Notes: generated by a model not told the origin, from the sequence alone. Positions 49,852 through 63,885 are shown, counted from the stretch's first letter. The stretch: DNA of 64,000 bases from Camelus dromedarius (GCF_036321535.1 NC_087437.1:30568001-30632000), one strand, 5' to 3'. Program-made: numbers and translations.

Positions 49852-51135
49852 CTGAGAAAATAAAGTATAATATGACTATTTGTCTTCTTTGCTTTTGTCT
49901 CTTTCTTAGTTCTGGCAGGGTCCCTCCCTCCTTCTGACTCTAGGTGGGCAGGGAGCAGGTCCTGTTCAGCTCCTCCTGCTCCACCCCCCCTACTTCCCCA
50001 AAGTGGCTCTTTCTCTCTTGGTGGGGATGGAGGGGGGACACTGCACAGAGAGGCCCGGGCCCCAGCCAGGAGATGGCAACTGCCAACACCTTCCCAAAGT
50101 TGGGGTCTGGGCCCTCTCGGAAACACCCAGACACGCAGGCCTCTCCAGGGCCCGTTCACAAGGCTCTCCACAGCCAGTGTATTCTTTTGAATGCCCTAAG
50201 GGGGAATAAATCATCTTTAGTTAAAAGCAGATTTAATTTTTTAAAAATGGCCAGAAGTCATTAAGAGCCAATTCAGTGAATAAAAAAAAGTAACCGCATT
50301 GATGGAATACTGCTATTTGGAATTTGGAAATGTTAAAAAATAAGTAAAATCCAAGTATATCTAGGAGGTAGTAAGAGTGTTTTTCTTTCCTTCACTGAGT
50401 AAACTACAACAAAGCTTATCTGCTCACTGAAATCACTCCCTCTGTGGCGAGCACTGGAAAGAGGTGCTGTGGCCTCTGCATTCCTCCTCACTGAATTACT
50501 TTTCCAGGCTAGAGCTCTCCATACTCCAGGGGACAGAAAGGCCACCTCGCTGAAAAGGTTTAGACTCTTATCCAATTGTTATCCCTAAAAATATGATTAG
50601 GTGATTCACTGCTAATTACATGACGTAAGGAGAGGCCAACAGGCCCCGACCTCCCAGGACTTCCAGCTGAACAGAGATAATCATGGAAGTGCAATAAAAG
50701 TGGGTGAGCAAAACCACTAAAATCAAAAGGTCAGGGAGAGCATCTACATATATCCATAGCGAATAATTAAAGATGCAGTTTGGGGTGAGGAGGGGGAAGA
50801 ATGAGAACTGGGCTGGGGAAAGAGGCAGTTCAGACAATGCTGGAGGAGGGTGAGTAGCAGGTTTACAGGGTAATTTTCGTTGACTGGTTTGTATGTATTG
50901 ACTGCCACTGAAGATCTGTTAACACTGATCACTAACTATTCAAAAACCCTGGAATTAAGAAGGTAGACAGATGTGGTCACAGAAGTAACTCTGCCCTCCA
51001 AGTCAGGAGATCCAGTTCTGCCACCAAGTAGCTACAGGTCCTTTGGCAAAGGCCCTTCTCTTGACCTCAGTTCTCTTATCTGTGAGGTGGGGGAGGAGGG
51101 GACCAATTAACCTCCTAAAACCAGAAAGGAACTCA

Positions 51136-51262
51136 GAGGGGCCATGTTATTTATTGTCCAAATCAGGACTAAGAGTGAAATGGGGCACTTACAATAATTA
51201 CGCTGGGACAATAGGGATAAAGCGGGGCTCTCCCAGGCAAGTTGAGGAACAGGGTCATCCTA
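51136..51262. mobile_element. hAT-Blackjack MITE (MER94-like)
   Basis: agaggggccatgttatttattgtccaaatcaggac...taattacgctgggacaa...cccaggcaag...agggtcatcct, with degenerate AGGGTGACC-type terminal inverted repeats. Confidence 0.6.
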
Positions 51263-51264
51263 TT

Positions 51265-51445
51265 CAGTGGGCACCTACTATGCCCCAAGGAGCATACTGA
51301 GTGCACTACATATATTCTCAGTGTATACAACCACCCGTGGACATCAGTATAATTAAAATCCCAATTTTGCAGATAATAAAAATCAAAGTATGGCAAGGTT
51401 AGTTAATGTACCCAAAGTTACAAAGCTAGTTGGTGATAAAACTGT
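51265..51445 (-). mobile_element. MIR SINE
   Basis: gcacctactatgcccc...atcccaattttgcagataataaaaatcaa...ttaatgtacccaaagttacaaagctagt. Confidence 0.65.
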
Positions 51446-51559
51446 GTAGCTCGAAGTCTCCTCTCTGGCTTGCTCCCCTGCCCCACTCTGCATTCCCTCT
51501 ATGTAGAAGAGGAATGTACACAAATATGTGTCCATACTGACTTCTTGAGCATCAGCACA

Positions 51560-52200
51560 TCTTTCATTGAATTCACGGGTCAGAACTTGTGCTGGGAACT
51601 TGACATGCATACAAGGGAGAAAGCAAACAAGAGAGATGCAGACTCTGTCCTCAATGGGCTTACACTCTTATGGTGGAGACAAATGATCTTAACTCACTAT
51701 AAGACTATGATGGGCAAAGTTCAGGGCACTGCCTGATGGCATGGGAAGGCAACATGCCCAGACTTGAGGATCAAGGAGGACTTCAAGCCAGAAGATAGGT
51801 AGACATTACCTATGTGAGGTGAGGAAGGGGAAGTGTGTTGTGGCCAAGGAAAGAGCAAACACAAAGGCCAAGTGCTAGGAACATGGAACCTTCCAGGAAC
51901 TATACACACGTGCATGAGTGGATGTGTCAGAGCAGGGGTCAGATCATGGACAAAGGATATTTTGGGCTATAGCTTAAATTTGAACTTTATCTTCTAAACT
52001 ATGAAGAGCCTTTGAATGGTTTAAAATAGGAGAATGACATGATCGACGCACAAATCTGCAACATCACTATGGTAGTAGTGTAACTGAGAGACGAGAGGGA
52101 GCGGGACAGCAGAAGAGCTAGAAAAGTCCATTTGGGGAATAATTAAGGTTATCCAGATGGCCGCAGCTGGGATTTAGAGAAAGGAGTGAATTCAAGAACT
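51560..52200 (-). mobile_element. L2 fragment
   Basis: ggaaagagcaaacacaaaggcc...tgaagagcctttgaatggtttaaaataggagaatgacatgatc. Confidence 0.65.
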
Positions 52201-53029
52201 CTCAGGAAGGCAGGCATCTTTCTTGAGCTCACTAGTTCTTCCAGCATGAAGGATGAGAATTTCATTTGTATTTCACTGCCGGGATCTCCGGGGAAAAGAC
52301 GGCACAAGAAGAACACAGTGCTGCCCTGCTGAGTGACGACCCGGGAAGAAGGAGCTGCAGTGACGTGCTGTCCTGAATCCCGCAGCACATTCTCAGCCTT
52401 GCATCTAAACATGCATATGTATCTGACACAGATGGGCTTGTCTCAACAGTGGCTTGTCTTCACTTGCCCACTGAATGAAAATCTTATTTTAAAACCTAAC
52501 CCAACAGCAGGGTTAAAACCCTTAACACTTCATAGTCCAGCTTATTAAAGTTGCAGGCTCCATTTACTTTATGCAAGTCTAATGCATTCTCGCAGTCAGC
52601 CAGATTTTAGGGAAAGTAAAAAATAAGTAAAAGGAGGATGAGTCTTGTTCCACTACAGCTCTGAAAGTTGAGGTCCCTTGCCATCTTACCTGATGGGGAA
52701 ATTACCACTAGGATCACTTTCATAAAAAGAAAGATGGGCTTGATTTGTTTCTTCAAAGATCTCCAAGACCCACTGTGGCCTTTCCAGTTGGAATGATCTA
52801 GGATGGGGCAAAAGCTTCTCCAAAAGCATAAGGGGAAGTGATGGCTCAGATCAGCCAAAGAGAGTTCACCAGGGATAAGAGGCAGAAATCAGACTGGGCT
52901 AACTGAATGTGATCTTACAGACATTCATGTGGCTGAAAATAAGAGGCTGGAGGAGAAGAGAGGAAGGGAAGAGGCTTACTGCTATTTATAGAAATGTTTA
53001 AGAAAATTCAAAACTGTATGATAAACTGT

Positions 53030-53550
53030 AAGGGCAGTAATGCAGCAACTGCCATCTTGGTTGTCTCCCCGGTTCTCCATTCTGCCCCTCCAATATGCAG
53101 TTTCAGAGGGGCTGACCTTGGTGCCAGTTCCGGGGTTAAGTTCTCATTGGCATCGGCATGCCAATATTATCCCTACCCTTGCAAAATTACTGCTCCAAGA
53201 AGGACACATACCCAAGGCCATGGTGATCAGCTCAGGGGTGGGCATGTGAGCTAAGTTGCCCAACCAGAGCTCGGCACAAACTCTGGTCTGTTGGACTTGG
53301 ACCAAGAAACACGTAGCTCAGGGTCCTAGTCACCCCGTAGCCATCAAGAGAGGGGGAACCAGACATGGGATGATGCTAATCACGTGGTAGTTAGAACAGA
53401 AAGATGGGTCTTTGAGGACCCTGCTGAGCCTCTGAATTAAGCCCACCTTGAAGGCCACTCTGCAAATGAACTTGCCACTTACCTGACCCAACATATTTGT
53501 TCATTAGTTAAGCCATTTTGAATTAGGGTTTTCTATGTTTGCAAAGGAAA
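53030..53550 (+). mobile_element. Old MaLR LTR (MLT1J/K-like)
   Basis: tggtgatcagctcaggggtgggcatgtgagctaagttgcc...ttaagccattttgaattagggttttctatgtttgcaa. Confidence 0.6.
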
Positions 53551-53871
53551 CAGACCTGGGCAATAGCCAGGTGACTGAATGGCCGGACTTCTGCAGGCCC
53601 CAGAAAGTAACCACCAACGCTAAGTGGTCACTCAGCTCCAAGTGTAGTCACCGCCGCACGGTCTTCCCTCTGCCTGGGGGGCTCTGAGCCCTGGAGGACT
53701 GGCGGCAAGAGCAGGGAAGGCTAAGCCAGGGACCACAGGGATCTCCTCTGGGCCAGAATAAATGCCCTCAGTGTCCTGCAGTGACAACATCAAGAAACCA
53801 CTACCCCTCTTCCTTGCCCATTTATGTTATTTTTATTAGAAAGCAGAATAAAAATCTCAACCAGAGCCCAA

Positions 53872-54760
53872 ACCATTCATTCATTCAGCAACTGTATATG
53901 AAGGTCACACAGGCCTTATTCAAGTCCCAGGCCCTATTCAAGTCAGAAAAATAACAGTCATCAATACTGGCGTGGTTCCTGCCATCATGGAATCTACAGT
54001 CTAGTTGAGAAGACAGATACTGAGTAACTGCAAGTGTGTTAAAAAAAAAAAAAAAAAACTTCATGAAAAAGAAGATACAACAGGCCACCATCAACCATAT
54101 AAAGAGGACAGCTAACCTAATCCAGGGGTCAAGGTAGGGCTCGTTTAAAACATCACATTGACGCTGGGATTTAAAAGCCTAAGTAGGAGTTAGCCACAGT
54201 GGATGTGGAAACGGAGTGTTCCAGACAAGGAAAATGGAATCCAAGGAAGACTAGGGCATTTAGACAGTTGTGGCTGGTGTGACAACTGTAGGCAGCGGTG
54301 GTGTGAAAATGGCGAGATCTGAGACTGGAGAGGTCAGTAAGGATGCAATTATGTAGGTCCTTGAAAGGCTGGTTAAAGAGTTTGTCTTCTATTCCAAGCA
54401 TGACAGGAAGCCACTGAAGAATTTGCAACGGTGGTGTGACATGATCAGATTTGTATTCTTAAAACATCACACTGATTTCAGAGTGGAGATTAGATTGAAA
54501 GAGGGCAAGAGAAGTCTGGGTGAGAGTGGACACTGGCCTGAGTTAGGACATAGCCATGGAGACGAAGAGAAGTAGACAGACACATTCCAGAGGTGTGGTC
54601 AACAGGGCACAGAGGTTGACTGAATGGGGATGGTGGGAGGGCCAAGTACGTGGTGGTCTCGAGCCCCCACCCACACCTGAGCACATGCCGGAAAGGTGAA
54701 CACAGGGGCACTGGGCTTTGTCCCGAGGGTCCCGGTGAAGCCGTATATGAGTCATTTCTA
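53872..54760 (-). mobile_element. L2 3' fragment
   Basis: cattcattcattcagcaa tail; cctgccatcatggaatctacagtctagttg; ggaagccactgaagaattt...gtgacatgatcagatttgtattc. Confidence 0.75.
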
Positions 54761-54956
54761 CCCTACCTGCCCATGTGACTTTTACTCACTACTGCTCACA
54801 TCATTTTGCAGGAAGAGATTTTTGTTCCTCTAGCAATATGAGGACAGAAACAGAAGAAACTGGAGCAGCATTCCACAACAGTCAAATGATCAGAAACAAC
54901 GTATGAGGTGCTTTCTTTTTCCTGTCAAAGGACAAGTACAAGAGGGAACTGTATAC

Positions 54957-55118
54957 CTGTTTCAGGTGTGCATTTAAGCCTTCATGCGTGGCCTTCAGCA
55001 GCGCCCTCACCGTGAAACTATCGGGATCTTCCTTGTCTCGAATTTGAGATTCTTTTAACAACGACTCCAGTTTTTTCCTGATGAAAGATTCCACCTGATG
55101 CTCAGTGGTCCCGTTATT
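54957..55118 (-). CDS. PLCH1: PLCH1 coding exon (X-Y linker), 162 nt, phase 0-0; most 5' exon found in the window
   Basis: Acceptor ctctttgcag|AAT and donor CAG|gtatac. Translates NNGTTEHQVESFIRKKLESLLKESQIRDKEDPDSFTVRALLKATHEGLNAHLKQ, recognised as PLC-eta1 linker. Confidence 0.95.
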
Positions 55119-55571
55119 CTGCAAAGAGTTAAGCAACAGAAACAATTTCCCTTAAGAAATACAGAATCACTTAGAGTACACCCTTCACTCAAGCCGGCGT
55201 GGCTTCTGTAGCTGATCTCTCCATCACCTGCAAGACATTAAGCGTGCTGTACCACTGTTATCCTTCTCCCCCAGGCCTCCACAATCCCATAAAATAGTGA
55301 TTAATATAAGAACATTCAACTTTCAACATCCTTATAGTCCTATAATCATTTCCATATCAGAGATGCAGAATCTGATGCTTAGAGAAATTAAGTAAGTTGC
55401 TCGAGGTAACAAAGCTAGTAAATCACTGAGGTAGTATTCAAACTCAGGGCTCCTAAGCCCCTGCCCCTGTGCTATTCCATGCTTTCACTAGAGGGAAGGC
55501 CTGGCAAAGTTTTTGGAGACTATGTTTTCTATGTCTACACAGGTAAATTTGAGCAAGAATATGCTACTTAA

Positions 55572-55709
55572 TGCTCAATATCTTGCAATAACGTTTAAAG
55601 GAAAAAAATATGAAAACAAATTTATGTATGCATATGCAAGATGGGGACAGTGTGCTGTGCACCAGAGATTGACACATTGTAATTGACTGTACTTTAATTA
55701 ATTAATTAA
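55572..55709 (+). mobile_element. Young 5'-truncated L1 3' end with a 14-bp TSD (one mismatch)
   Basis: aatatgctacttaa (55558-55571) and aatatgctatttaa (55710-55723) flank ...gtgctgtgcaccagagattgacacattgtaattgactgtacttt plus an AT-rich tail. Confidence 0.8.
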
Positions 55710-57265
55710 AATATGCTATTTAAAATAAATCACTTCCTTTACAGAGGGGAAAAGAATCCTATGGAAATCTCTGGAAATGAGGGTTATTCCAAGATAAAAT
55801 GTCTTTCCTATCTCTGTCCCACTGTGTAATTGGAGGGAACTCACCACTGCCCTGTGCCATGATTCATCCCTATACGTAACGATCTCAATTAATCTCAAAC
55901 GTCTTGGTTAACGAAGCTCTGCCTGTGTCTAGATGATGACTTCCACAATTTTTAGGTGATCCAGGTACACAGATTGCCTAGAAGTCTTGCTTAGCACAGC
56001 CTTCTGGCCACCTTGTCGTACCTGAAACCAACGACCCAGGCTCTGCTCACTGCTCTCCCTTCCTCCACCCTCTTCACCTCTCCCCATGTCCAGCACCCTC
56101 CGTAAATTCTTCAGCCACTTGCCAAAGGCCAACCCACCCCAAGGTAAGGAAAGGGGCACTCCTCCACCAGAATAATTTCCCTAGTCCTCACCAAAAGTTT
56201 AAGACTCGTTTTTCCACTTGCAAATTTGTTACTAAGAGGTCATAAAATTTAAATTCTACAGAATGAGCAGTTTTTCAATAACACATAGTAACACAAAATC
56301 TTGTAAGAGCAAAGCTATACAAACATTAAAGGAAATTTGGAGAAAAAAAGGCTACATCAGGATAGATTATTTAATTTCCCTACAATAATATCACATGCAT
56401 GAGTATCTTTAATATACCCAGTGAATGAGGCACTCCACCTCACTGGAGGCCCTCAGGGCCTGAGGAGACACAAAGATGGAAAAGGGCTGGTCCTTGACAT
56501 CACAGGAGCAAGCACCCTATTAGGCTAGCAAAGGCATGTCCCCAAATAGCCTACTCTGGTCTGCCCAGCAGCCTGCAGAGGCACAGACGACCAGTACAAC
56601 AGCAGTTCTGAGAAGGAACATGGCATCCCCACCTAGGTGACCAAGAAGACCTCAAAGAAGTGGTGGGAATGCCCCGGGCTTGGCATGGTAACTACAACTT
56701 AACACTGATGAAGAGATGGGTTTCCCTCTCCTCCATCAAACTAGCAAAGTGTGTTTTATAAACACAGGAACAGATTAGTTTCCCTAAAGTGGAAATTCAT
56801 TGAGGATGGTAGTGGCAGATAAAGATGGAAAAGCACTTTGGGGCCAGGTTGTGGAGACACCTGAAAGCAAGAGGTGTGGAGTAGCTGAGAGTCTCTGGGT
56901 AGACAAGTGTCTGAGTCATACTTTAGAAATATTATTAACCTGGCAGCACGTGCAGGAGGAGGAAAGGTACGTACAGACGAAGAGCCAGACACATGGTTCC
57001 CACCATGAGCACTAAGAGCCTAGGCCGATGTGCTGGTGGGGGGTTCAATCAAGGTAAGAGAGTCTGAGAGTGTTCTGCATAAAACAAACAGGCACTGAGT
57101 GGCTCTGCCAGGTTAAAACGTTAACAAGGCGCAAACCCACTGTCACAAAACTCTCAGTGTCGAGGAGAAGCCAGACACATCAGTGGATAATTACACAACA
57201 GCGGGGAGTAGAGTGACAGATGGGCACACAGAGGAGGGGCCTCTTGCCCAGCTTTCAAAGGTGAG

Positions 57266-57745
57266 TGTATGAGGTTCCTGTGGCTGCTGTAACAAATTAC
57301 CACAAACATGGTAGCTTAAAACCAAGAGATACTTATTTTCTCACAGTTCTAGAGGCCAGAAGTATGAAGTCAGCTGTGGGCAGGGTACACTTCCACCTCA
57401 AGGGAAAAATCCTTCCTTGCTCCTTCCAGTTATGGTGGTGCCAAGCATGTGGCAGCAGAGCTCCAGTCCCCGCCTCTGTCTTCACATGGCCTTGTCCTGT
57501 GTGTCCTCACTCCCAACAATAATGAAGGGGGAGCTGCTCTTATACATACACATATACACACACACACACAAAGGACACACCATTGGATTTTTAAGGCTCA
57601 CTCCATTAATCCAGAATGATCTCATCTCAAGATTCTTAACTTAATTACATTTACAAACACTCTTTTTCCAAATAAGGCCAAATTCATAGGTACCAGAGGG
57701 TAGGACGTGGACATATATTTCAGGGGCCACAAATCAACCCACTGA
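57266..57745 (-). mobile_element. MaLR solo LTR (MLT1C-like)
   Basis: tgtatgaggttcctgtggctgctgtaacaaattaccacaaacatggtagcttaaaac...ttaacttaattacatttacaaacactctttttccaaataagg...ggggccacaaatcaacccact. Confidence 0.88.
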
Positions 57746-60700
57746 GATGAATAAGAGTTGACGATCTTGCCAAGAGCAGGGTGACAGCATTCCAGCACAA
57801 GCAATGGCCTGGAGAAAACAGCATTGATGAGAACCAGGAACCATGTGAACATGGAGAAAAGAGCACAGGAAAATACAGAAAAAGCAATTAAGACTACACG
57901 TATGTTGTGCTAAGGCTCACAAGGCACTGTCACGTAACAGCGCTTCATTTGAGTCGCCCAACATCCTTTAAGGCGGCACAAGGACTAGCCAAATGTTCCT
58001 CTTGGTGATGCAGAGGCAGAGAGACTGTCCAAACACACTTGCCTATTAAGTAGCTGAACTGGAACCTAAGATTTTCGATTCAAAATTCTATATATATTTC
58101 ATCATGCAGTGTGGCAGCCATCCCTTTTATACTGTTACAGAAAAAGATAAATTCTTCTTTTTTTTTTTTTGATAAATTCTTGAGTCAATTGAGCAGGCTC
58201 ATATTTTAAACAACTGTTATTCCTGTATGACACCTGGGTAATCTCTCACCACAATCCTTCTGTGGAAAAACAGTAGGTTTCACTTAAGGTCAGCAGTGAA
58301 CCTGAGAAAGGAACTCCAGGTCTCGAATTTCCAACGCGTTTCATCAAGGGACCCAGAGCCTGGCAGGGAGCATGTTTGTTGGGGAGTTCAAAAGACAAAG
58401 CGTGTGAGAGCACCTAGCGTGCCCGGGGTCACACAGAACACCCCCAGAAAGCATCAGTTTCCTTCCCTGGCTCGGGGCCACGAGAGGAGTTGGCAAGGAG
58501 ATGAACAGTGGCAGTTACGCCCAAACACTCACCATCAGCAAAACAAGGCTGAAAATACAAAGCTGGACTGACTGGTGCTGGTGAAATAATGCATGCTTAA
58601 CACAAAGGCTACAATTATTCACTTCACATCCTCTCAACACCGGGAGTTGCTGAAGGAATGATATTTCTGCCTGTGGATCTTTTTCTTCCCTGTGACTTAC
58701 AGGATGAGAATAAATTAACACGTGGCTGAGGTTTCATTAATATATTTACCATTTGGCCTGGAACCCAGTAGCACTAGTGAGAGAAAGCTGAGGCAGACAC
58801 CTGACCTGGCAACCTGTCGCCCACCATGCAGCTGCCGCAGGGACCACAGCTGGAAGCCACATGCATCTTGCTCTTCAGTTCCCTGAGCCAAGGGGAGAGG
58901 GAGGGCGCTGCAGCTGGAGCAGGAGGAGGGGAGGGCGGCCTTTCCACGTCTGGAGTAGGTCCCGCATGAGAAGCAGTCGGGGTTCCTAATTCCCATTTTC
59001 GCAAGAGAAATGTGATCTAGGAATATCTGCCACAAATAAACAAATCCAACACTGCACATATTCTGATTTTGTTTCCAGTGAGAAATGAAAGGATCACTGG
59101 GAACACAGAAGGCTGACCACTCCAGGCTGGGAAACAGCAGGAAAGGGGAGGGAGTGGGCGAGAGGGGCTGCCCCAGAGAGAGGGAGAGGGGACTCTCCCA
59201 CAGCTGCACACAGGGCTCACTGGGGAGAGCAGCAAGATCCCAGGCCATGCCCCAGACGGACTACAAGGCAATCTCTGGGGTGGGACCCACGCACTGGGAT
59301 TTTGGGAAGCTTGCCTGTCATTTCAATGTGCAGCCAAAGTTGAGGATCTTTGCTTTAAAACACAAAAACAAAAAACCAAAACCCTAGAATACCTCACCCT
59401 TCCAAAATGCCTTTTTTCCCTCTCTGGGCTAAAGTCTGCAGACAGGAAGGAGGGCCGATTAGCTGCCCTTTGTGAGTGCAGCACAGCTTTCCATGTGGGT
59501 CACCTGAGTGTCCCCGGATGAAGAGCAGCCACTTGTCAGGCATCCGAGGCTGCACATTTATTCCTGTCCTCTCCTGTCGCCTGCTTGGTCCTTTCACTCC
59601 CTGAAAACACCTTCTTCTGCTCAGGGAGCAGCTCAGGCCTTGCGTTAGCGATAATCATGTCGCAGCTGCTGTTCTTGACACTGACTGTATCTAAGGTTTA
59701 CTGAGCACAGGTTATGTGCCAGGCATTGTTCTGAGTTTTTTACAGGCGATAAACTTACTAATAGCTCTCACAATCATCGTTTTTCTTTCTTCCCCTTCAG
59801 TTAAATAATCATTTAGCTGAATCTGATTTAAAGGAATAATTTCCTTCCTTTAGTACATAAAAAGTCAAATTTATGCCACTCTGGCAAAGGATGAGAGTGA
59901 CTCGTATTTCCACTCATTATTTCTTTTTTTTTTTTAAATTGGAGTATAGTTACAATAGTGTATTAGTTTCAGATGTACGAAAGTGCTTATTCTTATAGAG
60001 CCCATTAAGTCAGTTGCTTTCAGTACGAATCAGACAGAATTTAGAATCCTTATTCTTTCTGTTCATCTCAAGATAGTCTTCAAATAGTAACAGCTCTTTT
60101 AATTAAGTAGTAGAGATCCCAGGAAGGTAAAGAGAAAATGTTCTGGATTTCAGGATTCTCATAATCTTTATGGCCTGTCCCGCAATGTCCTTGTGCACGG
60201 TCGTGGGAGTACCCTAGGACTGTAGACCTCCTCCTCCTCCAGGTCAAAGGAGGTTCGTGCCAGCCGGGGAGGGCATCACTACCACAGTTCAGACCAACTG
60301 GCACAGCCCCTCCCCAGGAACATGAATGCAACTTATGAAGGTGCAGCCAGGCAGAGACACAGCTGGAAAAACACTTCGAGGTATTATTTTCATGTCCATT
60401 TAGAAGATGATGAAGAAACTGAGGTCCAAAGAGGCCAGTGAGCTCCCTGAGGTCATCAAGGTAACAAGCGGCAGAGCCAGGTTTGACCTGGGCAGGCTGG
60501 CTCCCAACCTGAGCTCCCCAGTACCTCACCTGACCTTCTCTGGGTACTCCCCCCGACCTCAGCTCTCTGTTCTCTGAACTCATTCTCTTCTGAGTCAGGA
60601 CCACATTGCATGACAGTTTGTCACATTTGTTGCTACTCACGATTTGCTGCTGGTGTGGTAAGTGTCTCTCTCCAGCTAGATGAACTCCCCAAAAGAGATA

Positions 60701-61929
60701 ATTTCAGGGGTTGTACACAACATCCTGCTTGAAACCAAGGATGGCCCATGTACTTTCCTCATCTGAACTAATCACTAGATTAGTCACTCCATCTCTCATA
60801 ACCCTATCTTCCCAATCTGTCAAACATTGGAAAGGAGAGTTTCAACTCCATCCCCACAGTTCTGGGAATAAGATGAAAGTAAGTATAAAGTTCTTACCAT
60901 AGTGCTGGTGTTAACAAGGACTGAAAACATGGTTGATATTTAAAAGCTGATTTTAGCTCAGATATTTAAAAACAAAATAGTACTATGTCAGGAAAGTAGC
61001 AAAAGGTAGTGTTTCGTCAGAGTTGTTAAGCAAACATTTAAAAATCTTATTAAACTTTCTTTATATACTTTAAGAAAAAAGAAAGAAAAATATAGTCCAA
61101 AATGAATGTAAGTCTGGGTACATATATTTGTACAGACATATGGGTTCATATACGACAGTGTACATTCATACTCTGAAGTCTCCCACTGCTCCAATGACAG
61201 AAGAGCTAACAAGGAGAAAAGTCATAATCTTGGTTCATATAAACAAGAGCACTGCAGATCATAAATGTAACTGAGCTCCACATTCACAGTGGGCAAAGGT
61301 GGTCACGAATTTACACTTTACAGTCAAAAGAAACTAAAGGCGGTCCCCACGCTGTAGTATATGAGAGCTAGTCTCATAACATGGAACCAAGGTGGTGATG
61401 AAAGCTGGAATGGGATCCTTGCTTGTAACAGGAAGCATTAAAAAAAAAAAACCCTACTGTGTGGAAGATAAAAAAAATTTAGTATCAAAGGGGCAGGAGT
61501 GAGAAGACAAGCAAAATGTTGGTTTGCTTGGTGACTGGATGGGTAATAGCTTCAACATCTCCAGTGGCAGAGAACCCCCAATCAATCAATCTACTGTCTG
61601 GTTAGGAACCTGGAGCACAGGTGGGCTGTGTGTGTACGTGTGGGCACCAGATGGGTGATGCTTAGGGTTCCATTGGAAGAAGTCACAAAACCACTAGATA
61701 AGAAGGTCAAATACAGAAAGAAAAAAAATGGAAGAGAAAAAACATTTCACTCAAAACTGAACCTTCAACCCCAAATTCTAAAACTCATAGAGGAAACTAA
61801 TGCTAAGACGGAGTGCCCGAAACATCAACACATGGAATGGAGATTCACTTTTTCCACTTTAAAAAAAGTATGTTTAGATGCTCAAAGATAGGGAGAAGTA
61901 GCCCCATAAAAAGAATAAGAAACTAAGAA

Positions 61930-62345
61930 GCCAAATAATAACATAAGAACAGGTGTGGATTTAAAATTTTTTTAAATCAAGTGTATATGCTTTGAAATTA
62001 AAATGATAGCTGGGATACCCTCTAGACCAGACATAGTCAAGGAGATAATCACTGAATTAAAAAATAACACTGTGAAAAGTACCCAGAATCAGCACAGACA
62101 TAAAGAAAATAAAGGAGAACTAAGAAGTATAGAGAATAGACTAAGAGATTCCAACTTCAATCTAACAGTGCTTCTAGGAAAACAAAGACTGATGAAACGG
62201 CACAAAAACAATATCCAAAGAAAAAAGTGGCTGAGAATTTTCCAGAATGAAAGAAAACATGAGCTCTCTAGTGGGAAGTGGAGATTGAGTGCTAAGCAAA
62301 ATAAACCCACTCCTTTTACTTAATAGTGAAGTTACAGAACAAATA
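61930..62345 (+). mobile_element. Old L1 ORF1-region fragment
   Basis: A-rich; the ORF 62003..62323 translation includes IENRLRDSNFNL...LRIFQN, resembling degenerate L1 ORF1. Confidence 0.55.
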
Positions 62346-63489
62346 GAATAGAAAGACAGGTTCCCAACAGGCAGTAGTTGACTTCTCAGCCATAGTCATG
62401 GTCAGAAGGCAGCACCTCTGAGATGTGAGGGAGATGCACACACAGAGGTAATGCGCACAGTACGTTAGACCCTGACCGTTCATTACCTCACGTCTCTGGC
62501 AGGGCAGGGAGGCAGAAGCTGCATCACGTCCTAGGGAACAACTGGAACCTTCAGCTCCCCTTCCGCTCCCCACCCCTCGTCACCAGGATGCAACAGCAGC
62601 TCCCCTCCCCCACCGTGGGCATTTACTGAGTGAGCGCTTTCAGCCCCAGGACCTCACAGCCTCAGGCGGCAACCATCCCTTCCTTGAGTGCTGACAGGTC
62701 TTAAACCAACAAGATTCATAATCCTCCTTAAAATGGCTCAAATCGTATAACAAATACCTTAGGAAAGAAGGTCAATCTTTAGCTAAGGTAGTGGAAAGGG
62801 AGGAAACTATTAAAATGTTTAATGTGAGACACACACAGCGAATAATGATCTTAGGATATTAATTTAATACAAAAGGTGGTTACATGTTACTCTACCAGGG
62901 CTCATTTAAACATGTTGGAAGCCTTGGGGTTCATGGGATGAGCTTCACGTAGGGAGATAGAGAGCTTGATATTTGTGCCTAAGAAGCTGGCTGAACCCAG
63001 ACGCAGAGAGTGCAAGAAAAGAAGATATTGAGTAACCCAGAAGAGAAAAATAGTCAGTGAGGCTGAAATATGGGGGTGGAAAGTCTGCAAGGCACGCTGA
63101 CATTAGAGGACCCCATAAAGATGAATAATGGTGAGCTGGCCTCACTGAATCACATCTGTTAGATTACTGCACTGTAGTTGAAAGGAAATCGTCCCCCGAG
63201 TCTCTGAGCTGTGTGATTCTTGGGTCACTGAACACACCGGCTTTACCTATGGCTTACTGCATTATGAGCCTGATTTTCTCTATGGCTGAAGCCACAAAAC
63301 AATGAGGCAGAAGCTTAAAGGATTCAATTAATTCAACAACAGAAAGTGTTTATTAAAAGAGCAAAAGCTTTTGGTGGGGTTTGAATGCCTTAAGTAGACA
63401 GTAGACTAAGAGAAGAAAGAAGACCGGTGCGAGGATCCCGCCTCCCTTTCTGCTTCTAATGCTGGGGTGATGCCAGGCGAGCCCCAGAT

Positions 63490-63885
63490 TCTGCCTCTGA
63501 CAGTGCATTTGCTGTTCCCTCTGCCTGGAACACTCTTCCCCAGATATCAGCATGGCTAACTTCACTTCTTTCAAGTCTTTACTCACTTGTTACCTTCTTG
63601 GTGAGACCTTTCCTGGTCCTCCCACCTAAAACAGCAATAGACCCTTCAGACACACATGTGCACGTATGTAGGCAGGCACATGCCCACGTGCACGCACACT
63701 TCCTACACGTCTTCCCTCCCTTTTTCCCTTTAGCACTTATCACTGCCTAGTACACTAGACATGTTACTTATGTGTTTTATATCCTGCCTACCCTCCCTTT
63801 TCTCATCAATGTATTAAACCCCACAAAAGCAAATTTTTGTCTGTTTTGTTTATTGCTGTATGCTCCAGCACCTAAAGCACGTTGG
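63490..63885 (+). mobile_element. L2a-like 3' end
   Basis: catttgctgttccctctgcctggaacactcttccccagatatc...ttgtctgttttgtttattgctgtatgctccagcacctaaagcac. Confidence 0.8.

Noticed and set aside
62445..62489. 9-bp inverted repeat gaggtaatg / cattacctc as a miRNA-like hairpin
   Set aside because: The stem is too short, and several such pairs are expected by chance in this window.
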